Below are positions 52,161 through 62,313 of a DNA stretch of 64,000 nt, piece by piece. Source of the DNA: a virus (taxonomy: Duplodnaviria > Caudoviricetes). The notes beneath the pieces were generated by a model. That model was not told the DNA's origin and made no database searches. It worked only from the letters and a program-made list of their open reading frames with translations. The stretch's first letter is position 1, and each line of letters begins with the position of its first letter. The stretch is from the IMG/VR virus record IMGVR_UViG_2859564202_000001, one strand, 5' to 3'. The translations under genes were made by a program, and so were the position numbers.

Positions 52161-52197
52161 TCAAATCCTCCGTGTCCACCATCCGGGGGTCGGACCC

Positions 52198-52582
52198 CTT
52201 TAAAAACTACAATTGAATCGACCACTAATCGTTACTTAAATGACTATTAACAAAAGTCACTTTTAGAGCACCGCAAAAGCCTTTTAATGGTCACGCAATA
52301 AGCCTTTAAGTAACAATTAAATAAGTGGCTTTAAAATCACTACTGCAGCACGATTGAAAGGTAATTAGCGGTCGATTAAGTGTCAATTAATTAATAGTGA
52401 TTCAAAATCTCATTAAAGCGCAATTCAATTGACAGCTAATAAGCCCTTAAGTAACAAATACTTTATCCGTACTTTAAGGGCACGCTAAAAGCCTTTTAAT
52501 CGACATCTAATTGTCATAACGCTTCGATGCGCCCATGGGAATACACTTAGCGGTCGATTAAATGGATACTAAGTAGCAATTA
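52198..52582. repeat. 11-bp-period TTAA array, right part
   Basis: CGATTAAGTGT, CAATTAATTAA and CTTTTAATCGA units continue after the IS. Confidence 0.8.
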
Positions 52583-54729
52583 GCCAGAGTCGCGTGACAG
52601 AGTTGTGGCGCACAGTAGCACATCACCCCTACCCCCGTGCATCTCTTAATTAGCACTAAAACAACATTTATCTACTTTATGCTGTTTAGTTTTAACGGAC
52701 TACTACCCCCACCATTGCGGGACAGTGTAACGGTATTGTCCGCACTAAAAGTGACTGAAATATGGCTACAGAGCTGCCTGCAACGAGCATCCAATTCAAG
52801 CCGACAACGAGCTTGTAGAAACGCAGCTACAGCGGACACCAACGAGCCAGCAACGCATGATCTAGCGGCCTGAAACAGGCGCCTTGAAGCCCGCCACAAT
52901 GTCGCAACAAGGTCGCAACAATAGCCCGGAAAACTCCCCAACGGACTGTTGAGGCAATCAGCTTGAGTCACCCAACAAGTGCCCCAGCGAGCCTGCTCTA
53001 TCGGTTGCGAAATCGGCCTCAGCAGGCTCTCTCAAACACTTGAGAAAAACTCTGCAGCAAACCTTCCTCACGCCCCGCAACAAGACCTCACAAGACTGCA
53101 ACGGCTGCTAGAAAAAGCTCCTATAATTCCTCGCAGCAAGCTCCCAGAAACACTGCCGCAGCACCGTTTAAAACCCGCCACAGAATTACAGCAAACCCCT
53201 CAGCGACACTGCTGAAGCACTGTCGCATGTCGCAGCCCTCCGTGAGCCCAGAACCCCTTAAAAATATCCATTCCAGGACCTCTTAAACGGTCTCTACAGG
53301 GGCTGAAAAAGCACTTATCAAGCTACAACGTCTGCTTCATCTCTATCACCGGTATATTCCAGTGGGACCCTCGTTCTCGTGCCTCGAACCCCACTGAAAT
53401 ACACCGGCGTCGCACTCGCTTCGCTCATATATACAGCAGACCTCTCCTACCTGGGAAAACGCAAAACCGTATACACGTATATACGGCTGAAATCGGCAAA
53501 AACCGCTGCCGTATACACGTGTATATGAACTTAATTTCCCCAGCTTAACAAGCATATTCGCCCCTTTTCTGGTCGCTAAAGCTCCCGCCACAGGGGAAAA
53601 AGAATGAAAGGGCATAAGGGGGTGTGACGCATTGAGCCTTTCGCTGCGCTCAATTCTCAATCCGATCGGCATAGCCGATACACCTGGTTTGCTGACGCAA
53701 ACCCCCGTCCTTCGGACGGCCCTTATCACCCAGCTCCCAAGCCAAAGAGGGGTCAGTTGCTGCGCTGTCTTTCCTCCCCTCTTCGTCTTCCGCTGTGTGC
53801 CCCTTCGGGGTGCCCCTAACAACCACCGATGTGGCTGGCGCCACGATCTTTTCGGTGGTTGTCATTCAAGCCCTTGAGACACCAACCTGACTGCAGCTGT
53901 CGCTGCGTCATGCCTGTAGGTTCGCTGCGCTCACTGGTGTTACGGGCTTTCAAGACAGGCGTGCTGCGCGGCCCTCATAATCGTTGTGACGATTCTTCGT
54001 TGCCCGCTGCGCCCGCGACGCGCCTAAAAGCAATCACCTTTGCACGGCTGCTGCTCCGTTCTTCGAACTCCCACATCAGCTCGCACAGCCCGTTGAAGGC
54101 GCGCTAAAAGATGAAAAGATCCTGCAACAAAAACGGTTGCAAAAAACTCAAGGGAAGCTCGCTACGAAACCTCTCGTTTCTTCGCAAGCGGTGCGCGACG
54201 CACACTTAAAAAACACTCTCGCAACACTCGCTCAATTACTACGTTCAAGAGTCCAACCAACACAACAAACCAAGCTCTAAGAATCCGAAAATATCAGATA
54301 ATTATGCACCCCTTTTAATATCAACAAAGGTACTCAGAAGTTCATTAATTACTCACCCACATAATTTATGAAAACTCTGTCCCCGTAGGCGCACAATGGA
54401 TGCCGTGGATTAGTAGCAAAAAGTCTGACTCAAGGCAAGCGCTCGCAACCTACGGTTGCTTCTCGCGCTTGTGCACGTGTAGTGAGTTGGGTTCTTTTTT
54501 TGCCCGAGGTTGAGGTAAGCGATTCTCGGTTTCACCGATCATCGCGCCAGGCGGTGCCTGGCCGGATGAACTTGGGAGTGTTGGGTGCGCAGCCTCGCCG
54601 CCCGGTGGGTGGTTGCTATGAAAGAAAAGCAACCCGCCCCACAAACACATACAATTAACTTCTATATTTAGTAAATAAATAACTAGTATTTTTAATGACT
54701 TACAAATATCAAGAAAGAATCTATTCCTT

Positions 54730-56031
54730 ATGTCCGCATTATCTAGACCGCACAAGATCGCCACCGGCGTTGCTGTCGCAACTCTTACCCTCACCTTGTG
54801 TACCTCTGCTGCCGGCGTTGTCCATGCAGCGCAACAATCCATCAGCGGTCCAGAATCCTCCTGTGCTTTTAATCAACAGCGTTGGGATGACAGCAAAGTT
54901 AAGCTTGACGACACCATCGCTACGGCCAAAAACTCATTGGTACAAACAGGCGAACTGCACCGCAACGAACAGGATCTACTTACTGGCTATCTTTTCCAGC
55001 AACCGCACAGCAGCAATTACCTTGCACTCAACAACGCTTATGCCGATGCCGTAGCAATCAAAGACAGCTTTGTCCGCCCAACATGTGACGGTTCTAAAGA
55101 GTCCAAGATTGCCAGCGAACACGCCGTGTCTGAGGTTGTGGGTGCAGTGAATGTACTCGCCCGAGCACAAAAAGCGCTGCAGATTAACTCCGACACCTAC
55201 GAACAGCAACGTCGTTGTGATGCCCTTCGTCTAGCAAGCCGAGATGAATCAGATGTTCTTATGCGCATTGATCGCACCATGCTGCAGCTTCGTCGCACAC
55301 TAGCTGACATTGACCAGGCGTCCACAGACATTCGCGATATTCGGGCTCAAACAACAAGCTTTGAACGTGATCTTGCCCGCGAGCAAAAAGAGGCCGACGC
55401 AGCAGCACGTGCTCAAGCTGTAGACACTTCGACCACACCAACATCAAGCACAGAAGATCGTGTCAACGACATTCTTAAAGAGTCCCGTACCGATCACAGT
55501 GGCGACAGTTACACGCGCTCAACGACAACGAGCGCACAAAGCACTGAGCCGGATTCTGCAACCAACACCTCATATCTGTCACGTCGTCTCGACAGCCTGG
55601 AACGCAGTGCGCAGCATATTGATCTCAATACCCAGTGCGACAACCTCGATGATCTTCGTGAACTCACCAACAATGACACGCGTGATCACACCGGCTCCGT
55701 CATTTCCATTGCCGATCAACTCACAGACATCACCAATGAAATCAATGAATTACGCGATAGCACTTTTGCCACCAGAGACAGTGCCCAACAAGCACAGGAT
55801 CAGGTAATTGCTCAACGTGAAGAACTGCAACGAGCAAAGGAAGCACGACTAGAAGAACAGCGACTCGCCAAAGAAGCAGAAGAGGGCGCTCGCAACGCAG
55901 CAATTCAGGAACGTGACGCGGCCGAAGCAGCACTGCGTGAAGCACAAGACCTCCTCAGTCGCCTCGATGACACAGGCAACGCAACCAGTGATGACACAGC
56001 AGCGCTAGTAGACGGTCTTCTCAATAACTAA
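54730..56031 (+). CDS. Secreted coiled-coil protein
   Basis: Signal peptide VHA-AQ; long heptad regions. Confidence 0.8.
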   Translation: MSALSRPHKIATGVAVATLTLTLCTSAAGVVHAAQQSISGPESSCAFNQQRWDDSKVKLDDTIATAKNSLVQTGELHRNEQDLLTGYLFQQPHSSNYLALNNAYADAVAIKDSFVRPTCDGSKESKIASEHAVSEVVGAVNVLARAQKALQINSDTYEQQRRCDALRLASRDESDVLMRIDRTMLQLRRTLADIDQASTDIRDIRAQTTSFERDLAREQKEADAAARAQAVDTSTTPTSSTEDRVNDILKESRTDHSGDSYTRSTTTSAQSTEPDSATNTSYLSRRLDSLERSAQHIDLNTQCDNLDDLRELTNNDTRDHTGSVISIADQLTDITNEINELRDSTFATRDSAQQAQDQVIAQREELQRAKEARLEEQRLAKEAEEGARNAAIQERDAAEAALREAQDLLSRLDDTGNATSDDTAALVDGLLNN

Positions 56032-56149
56032 CAATCAGCAACACCGCTCACCGGATACCTTATGAAACACCTGGTGAGCGGTGTGTTTCACCCCAACAAC
56101 CGAGTAAAATATATCTAGTACTATTTTACGATTGAAAGTAGATTTTTCT

Positions 56150-58012
56150 ATGACCGTTACCTCACCAGCAGCGCTCGCACTCAGCGACATGTCCTATGTG
56201 GACATCATTAAGAAGAAGCGCGGATGGACAACCGAGTTTTTCCACAGCACCATCAACACCGGTGAAACCACCACACCGCTACCAGACAGCGACCGTGCCA
56301 CAGCACTAATCCATGACCACATCACCAAGGCTCAAGAGATAACCATCATCACCGACTTTGATATGGACGGTATTTCAGCCGGTGTCATTGCCTATGCAGG
56401 TCTTGCCGAACTGGGCGCACAGGTCAATATGGTGGTGCCCGACTATCGTGGCGAACGAAATGTCACAGCCAGCGATATTGATCGTGCGCTAGAGCTCTAC
56501 CCTGCAACCTCACTCATCATCACCTGCGATGTCGGCATCGGCTCCCATGAAGGTATTGCCCGTGCTCACGAACGCAGTATCGCCGTCCTGGTCACAGATC
56601 ACCACATGGAGGTCGAACCCTGCCAGGCCGATGTGGTTCTTAACCCCAACAGAATTGACTCTGACTACCCCAACAAAGATATTTGCGGTGCGCAGGTCAT
56701 TTTCGCCACATTGAGTGACTATGCACGTCGTTATCGGGCGGACAAGATTATCGACATTAATTTGTTGGCTGTTTTCTCAGGCATTGGTGCACTCGCCGAT
56801 GTCATGCCTCTCACCCGTGACACTCGACCAACAGTGAAGCAGGCTATTGCGTTGCTTCGGCTTGCTATCCCACAAGTAAGTAAAAACCGTTTCGGCGGTT
56901 GGGATACCTATGCTGCACGCTCTGTTAATCCTGATACGTCCACACTCATGCATATTGTCAATGCCAGCCAGCATGATCACCGCTTCATTGCAGCCTTCCA
57001 AGGCATCTCAATTCTTCTTGGTGAACTGATTGCGCAAAAGAAGCTAGTAAACATCGACAATATTTCTGAGTCATTCATTGGCTTCACTCTTGGTCCGATG
57101 TTTAACGCTACTCGTCGTGTTGGTGGCGACATGCACGATTCATTTCTCGTGTTTGCGCCCCATGCCGCACTAGCATCACAGCCGTCGATGAATCCAAATC
57201 GACATGCTGCGATCTCTCGCATCATTGATAACAACGAACGTCGCAAAGAGCTCTCCAAGTCCTCTTATGCTGCCGTACACAGCTCAGATCAGCCCTACGC
57301 GCCCTTTGTGTGGCTCTCTGAGGCACCAAGCGGCATTCTTGGTCTCATTGCCTCACAGCTCACTCGTGAGTCTGACGTGCCTGCCATTGTCATTAATCCA
57401 GATACCTTGTCCGGTTCAGCTCGCTCACCTGAGTGGGCACCGATCATCACCCAAGTAAACACCCTCAGCGCACAAGGTCACGGCGGTATTCATGCTGCAG
57501 GCCATGAGTACGCCTGTGGTATGCGTTTTGATAACCATGATGACATTGTGACCTTTGTTGCAACACTCGACGCACTCGATAAAAACACGCCACGGGAAGC
57601 ACAGCCGGCAGATCTGCATTTGGTTGACATTGACCACGCGCGTCCTGTGCTTGATAACCCCTCACTCACCCAAGAGCTCAGTACGGTCGATGCTGCAGTG
57701 GATGCTGCACAGTTGCTTGTTCTCATTGATCAGCTTGATCAACTGCAGCCATTTGGACATGGTTTTACCTATCCGCGCATCGACGTGACGTTCAGGCCGG
57801 CAGAAACAGAATTCAAGGTTATGGGTCAGCACCATCAACATCTCAAGGTGATCACTCACTCAGGGTTGACCTTATTGTGGTGGAATAAGGCTCAGCAGCT
57901 CGATGAGATCGCACAGTCTGAATTAGTCACCATGTCTGTGGAGCTCGATGTCAATATGTTCCGTGGGTTTATTTCCCCGCAAGGCATTGTCTCTGCGTGC
58001 ACAGTTATCTAG
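56150..58012 (+). CDS. recJ: RecJ-like ssDNA exonuclease (DHH family)
   Basis: DFDMDG, TCDVG, TDHH, GSARS and GHEYACG motifs. Confidence 0.9.
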   Translation: MTVTSPAALALSDMSYVDIIKKKRGWTTEFFHSTINTGETTTPLPDSDRATALIHDHITKAQEITIITDFDMDGISAGVIAYAGLAELGAQVNMVVPDYRGERNVTASDIDRALELYPATSLIITCDVGIGSHEGIARAHERSIAVLVTDHHMEVEPCQADVVLNPNRIDSDYPNKDICGAQVIFATLSDYARRYRADKIIDINLLAVFSGIGALADVMPLTRDTRPTVKQAIALLRLAIPQVSKNRFGGWDTYAARSVNPDTSTLMHIVNASQHDHRFIAAFQGISILLGELIAQKKLVNIDNISESFIGFTLGPMFNATRRVGGDMHDSFLVFAPHAALASQPSMNPNRHAAISRIIDNNERRKELSKSSYAAVHSSDQPYAPFVWLSEAPSGILGLIASQLTRESDVPAIVINPDTLSGSARSPEWAPIITQVNTLSAQGHGGIHAAGHEYACGMRFDNHDDIVTFVATLDALDKNTPREAQPADLHLVDIDHARPVLDNPSLTQELSTVDAAVDAAQLLVLIDQLDQLQPFGHGFTYPRIDVTFRPAETEFKVMGQHHQHLKVITHSGLTLLWWNKAQQLDEIAQSELVTMSVELDVNMFRGFISPQGIVSACTVI

Positions 58013-58110
58013 CTTGGTTGCATAAGCACCAAAAACAACCCCCAACAGCCTCTACACAGGCAGTTGGGGGTTGTTGCTATGTTTGTGGTCGTTAAGGTCT
58101 GAAAAAGTCT

Positions 58111-58893
58111 CTACACAGGCGCAGATGATGCGCGTAAACGGGTTGCCATAGAAAACGGTTGTCCTGATTTCATGCCAGGGATACGCCCCTCATCGACAGT
58201 GACCACCACATCACTAAAAACTGTCATGGCTGCCGTCACAGCATCACCGGTGAGTTCTTTCCCGAACACTGTGCCTTTAAGCAACCAACCGTGATGTGCA
58301 GTGGAATCCTCACCCGCACGTGCCTGGTGTCGCACATGGCGATCCTCTCGAAGTGCGTGACGACCATAACCGTCTTCAAAGCGGCACCCTGCAGCCCACA
58401 TGACAAAATGCTCACGACCTTTAATGGTGTTGGCCTCCCCGGTGAGACCATCGCCCCATGGCGTGCCCATAATCGCCACGCTGTCATCCCCAAGACCGGA
58501 GACTGCATTAAGTGTGAGTAACTGCCCCCGCGTCTGCTCACGCAGCTCTCGTTGCCACAGATCGTCGTGCACAGTGTCAAAGGAGTTTCCATAATCAGCA
58601 AGAAGATTGAGACTAAGCTTCACAGGCTCAGAAAGCCCCTTCACTGGCACAGTGACTGTGCCCGTGGACGCAAGACCAGCCTTAGTGCGGTTGTGGCTGT
58701 ACGTACTGCCTTCAGGCGCACAAATGATCAAAGAGTCAGTGTGAATCTCTACAGCCGTGCTGTGGCGTCGCCTGACCTTGGTGGTGTGCTCTAAATAGTC
58801 ATCGCCTGCTGGTACTTCGCACAGATCCCACGGGCCGATACTAATGCCACGTTGAAATTCGTCAGCGATTCGTTGTGCGGTGGTCACAGTCAT
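58111..58893 (-). CDS. Hypothetical protein
   Basis: 260-aa ORF converging on a hairpin at about 58033-58076. Confidence 0.7.
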   Translation of the reverse strand: MTVTTAQRIADEFQRGISIGPWDLCEVPAGDDYLEHTTKVRRRHSTAVEIHTDSLIICAPEGSTYSHNRTKAGLASTGTVTVPVKGLSEPVKLSLNLLADYGNSFDTVHDDLWQRELREQTRGQLLTLNAVSGLGDDSVAIMGTPWGDGLTGEANTIKGREHFVMWAAGCRFEDGYGRHALREDRHVRHQARAGEDSTAHHGWLLKGTVFGKELTGDAVTAAMTVFSDVVVTVDEGRIPGMKSGQPFSMATRLRASSAPV

Positions 58894-59439
58894 AGTTATT
58901 TAAAAGTCCCTTTACTTACATTACTTAGTTATTCATTAATTACTCTAACAAACTTAAAGCTAGGTAACACCAGCAAGAAAGGTAGTTCTCCTACATTCCA
59001 GAAAAAGACAAAAAGTAGAGCCACTGGGTCACTACTCCCAATGGCTCTACACTCTTCTCGCTCCGTTAAAGATTCCTACTGTTCACCATCCCTGCCGGAC
59101 TATCTGCACACCAGGCAAGTAAAGGAAAACTGATCGCGGTCCTGGACAGGGCAGCAGTAAATGTTTAACTCACTTTTCAGTATAGACAAACTTTAAAGAC
59201 AATGCAACTAGTTTATAAATCTATTTCAAAGTCAATTACTTACTCACTAAGAAGAATTATCCATATCCTGTCGCACCCATGCCCGAAACCATTTTTATGG
59301 GCCATAAAGTGTACGCAAACTTTTTAGATCACGCAGAAACTAAAAATTCCCATAAGTTTCAATTAATGAACACAGTAACTACTTGATTATTGAAATAGAA
59401 CAAATGTGTGCATAACAGCCATATATATGAATTTAATTA

Positions 59440-60025
59440 TGAACGTAACGTTACAAACGTTACGTATCGTTACACCTCAAAAACATGCCTTGAGCTGCTG
59501 TAAAGGTGAATCTGTAGCGCTACGGTGTAACGATACGAAAAAGCTAAAGTTACACCTAAAAGTACGCTTTAACCTGCTTCTATAGTTCTAAAATTGTGGT
59601 TTGTAACGTTGTAACGATACTTTTGCAACTTTAATATAGACAGAAGAGAAAGAGAGAAAACATATAAACATGATATAGGACACATAAGTGCATAAAAGCA
59701 CATATGCGCGTCATGTCATGTCGTTTTACTACCTACGACCACATAAGCGTGCACATGAGCACTGCCACTCCGCACAGTGGTGATGATAGGTAAATAAGAT
59801 AACCCTGTATGAGCTACTCCCGCGCGTATAGAAAACATGCACAGTATCGTTACAACGTTACACTTTTACATTCATGCAGTTCACAGTGTGTTTTTCATGT
59901 AACTTTGATGTAACGCTTATATTATTTTAAGAATTAACTTTAATATAATAAAAGGGTCTTTGACGTGCATCTTTAGTGCTGTAACACTGTGTAACGGAAC
60001 GTAACGATACGTAACGTTACGCTCG
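59440..60025. repeat. Candidate replication origin: GTAACG/CGTTAC iterons in nested inverted repeats
   Basis: 18-bp inverted repeat at 59456-59473/60001-60018 and 20-bp inverted repeat at 59602-59621/59843-59862; ORF-free; upstream of the helicase. Confidence 0.7.
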
Positions 60026-60516
60026 AATTAAATTCACGTTTTTACGGTTTTTTAGCGTTCATCTCATTATGTGGAATTTCCGTCCCATAAATCGACCCCA
60101 CCGCAGCACCCTTTAAATTGACTAAACCTATCAGTCGGCGTGCACCTGCAGCCTCTAAAACACTCCCCTCACTCCATTACGCACACAGTTATGGTTCGTA
60201 ACGCTCGATCACGTGCAGCAGCACTCCCCTACCCACCACGCGCATATGTGTGCACGTGCAACTGTGCGCTAAATGCGTCTTAATAAACCGTTGAGTTTCT
60301 TTATTACTAAGCTTGTTTAAATTGAAACTTCGTTATATTCTGATTAAAGAAAGTAAGTAATTAAGTACTTCGGCTCCACGGCCACCCGCACCGTTGTTCA
60401 CCCACAGTGCACAAGAAAAAGCAACTCACTTCGTGCTTTTTTCACCGACCCCGGCTGTGTGGATGCCACCCACTTACACCGCACAATCGAAAATAAAAGT
60501 AAAGGATGTTCACCTT

Positions 60517-62292
60517 ATGTCTGACACCACAGACAGCCACGACCCAGCAACCTCCCCTACAGTCGATTCAGCCGCATCCGGTACTTCTGACCCCAACCAG
60601 CAACCCAAGAAGAAATTCACCATCATTAAGCAGGTGAACATGATTGCGCGTACTGCCATTGATGACTGCATTAATCGACTAGGCCCAGATGTTGTCACCA
60701 TGTCCAGCGAAGACATTGCTGATCAAGTGGTCAACTCCATTAACGTTGCTATTGCCAGAGAAAACACACGTGCCCAAGATGCCAATGCTGCGGTGCGTTA
60801 CACACCTATCTTTAAGCTCGATTTCTCCCATGTCGCTGTCCTTATGCGCAGACTGCATGTGATTATCAACATCGCGCCATCGCATAACTCTGATCCTGAC
60901 AGCGATATGTTGGCTATTTACGACCCCAACCCACGCAGCGAGCATTACGGGATCTATCGCACCTCAGAGGCTGAAATACGCCGCGTAGCCCGTGAATACT
61001 GCCCTGACCTCACCTCAGCGCAGTTTAGAGAACTGCAGATGGCACTCTCAGATGCTGCACCTCGTAAAGTCCGCCACAAGCAGCGTGACTTGATTCCCGT
61101 GAAAAACGGCATCTTTAATTACTCGACTAAACAACTAGAACCGTTTTCTCAAGAGTTTGTCTTTCTTGCTAAATCTGCAGTGAACTACAACCCAAATGCA
61201 CAAAACCCTGTCATCACTCATCCCCAGGATGGCTCTGTCTGGGATGTTGAATCATGGATGAACGATCTCTCCGATGACCCTGAAGTCGTTAACCTGCTGT
61301 GGGAGATTATCGGCGCTATCGTGCGCCCCTATGTGTCCTGGAACAAGTCTGCCTGGTTCTACTCAGAGGCCGGCAACAACGGTAAAGGCACGCTCGTTGA
61401 GCTCATGCGCAACATCTTGGGCGCAGAGGCCTATACCAGTATCCAGCTCTCGGACTTCTCTAAAGAGTTCCACCTTGAATCACTGACTCGTGCACAAGCA
61501 ATCCTTGTTGATGAGAACGATGTCGGCGCCTTCTTAGAAAAGTCAGCAAACCTTAAAGCGATTGTCACCAATGACGTCATCTCCATTAACCGCAAGCACA
61601 AAACCATGCTCAGCTATCAGTTTTATGGCTTTATGGTGCAGTGTATTAACGGCTTCCCCAAGGTCAAAGACCAGTCGGAGTCATTTTTCAGGCGCCAACT
61701 CTTTGTGCCGTTTGAGAAAAGCTTCACCGGTGCCGAGCGCAAGTACATCAAAGACGACTACATGTCGCGCACTGATGTCCTCGAATATGTACTGCACCGC
61801 GTACTGCATATGAACTACGACAATCTCTCCACCCCTGCTGCAGCTCTCGCTGTGCTGGATGAATACAAAGAGTTTGTCGATCCTGTGCGCGCATTCTGGA
61901 ATGAATTCAGCGATCAATTTGTCTGGGATCTTCTTCCCCTGCAATTCCTCTACGAGTTTTATCGCAAGTGGTTTGACCGTGACAGCCCATCCGGGTCTGT
62001 GCTCGGCAAACGCAGCTTCATTCAAAAAATCACCACCATCGCCGTTGATAGCGGTCAGTGGGAGTATCCGCTGACAGCACAGCGTCCCGGTGGCGATATG
62101 GCCGTTCCTGAGCCATTAGTCATTGATTATGACCTCACCGAGTGGCAAAACGCCACTGTACCTAAAGGTCACGTCAACAAGGGGCTCCCTCTACCACTCA
62201 AGGCTAATTATCGAGGACTGCTCCGCAAACCTCTAACAACACCTGCTACTCCCCCTGCAGCGCCGCTCAACCCCACACCACCCACCCCTTAA
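60517..62292 (+). CDS. Phage/plasmid P4-family (D5-like) SF3 helicase/primase
   Basis: IPVKNGIFN (D5_N), Walker A GNNGKGT, DEND, RKHK, FFRR; AAAGGA RBS. Confidence 0.88.
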   Translation: MSDTTDSHDPATSPTVDSAASGTSDPNQQPKKKFTIIKQVNMIARTAIDDCINRLGPDVVTMSSEDIADQVVNSINVAIARENTRAQDANAAVRYTPIFKLDFSHVAVLMRRLHVIINIAPSHNSDPDSDMLAIYDPNPRSEHYGIYRTSEAEIRRVAREYCPDLTSAQFRELQMALSDAAPRKVRHKQRDLIPVKNGIFNYSTKQLEPFSQEFVFLAKSAVNYNPNAQNPVITHPQDGSVWDVESWMNDLSDDPEVVNLLWEIIGAIVRPYVSWNKSAWFYSEAGNNGKGTLVELMRNILGAEAYTSIQLSDFSKEFHLESLTRAQAILVDENDVGAFLEKSANLKAIVTNDVISINRKHKTMLSYQFYGFMVQCINGFPKVKDQSESFFRRQLFVPFEKSFTGAERKYIKDDYMSRTDVLEYVLHRVLHMNYDNLSTPAAALAVLDEYKEFVDPVRAFWNEFSDQFVWDLLPLQFLYEFYRKWFDRDSPSGSVLGKRSFIQKITTIAVDSGQWEYPLTAQRPGGDMAVPEPLVIDYDLTEWQNATVPKGHVNKGLPLPLKANYRGLLRKPLTTPATPPAAPLNPTPPTP

Positions 62293-62313
62293 CAACCACA
62301 AGAAAGATTTATC

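Larger units (their letters stand above)
50905..52197 (+). mobile_element. IS3 family element, copy 2 (1293 bp, target duplication CTT)
   Basis: Encodes proteins identical to copy 1, in the opposite orientation. Confidence 0.95.

Noticed and set aside
48380-52197. Composite transposon
   Set aside because: Each IS has its own target duplication and the outer flanks differ.
50148-52582. TTAA array as a CRISPR array
   Set aside because: There is no repeat-spacer alternation; the units are short, contiguous and degenerate.
52637-54842. Short ORFs in the 52.6-54.8 kb tract
   Set aside because: No RBS or motifs, atypical composition, and they overlap on both strands.
59396-59411. Possible LexA box TAGAACAAATGTGTGC
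   Set aside because: The right half deviates too much from GTTC to call without a matrix scan.
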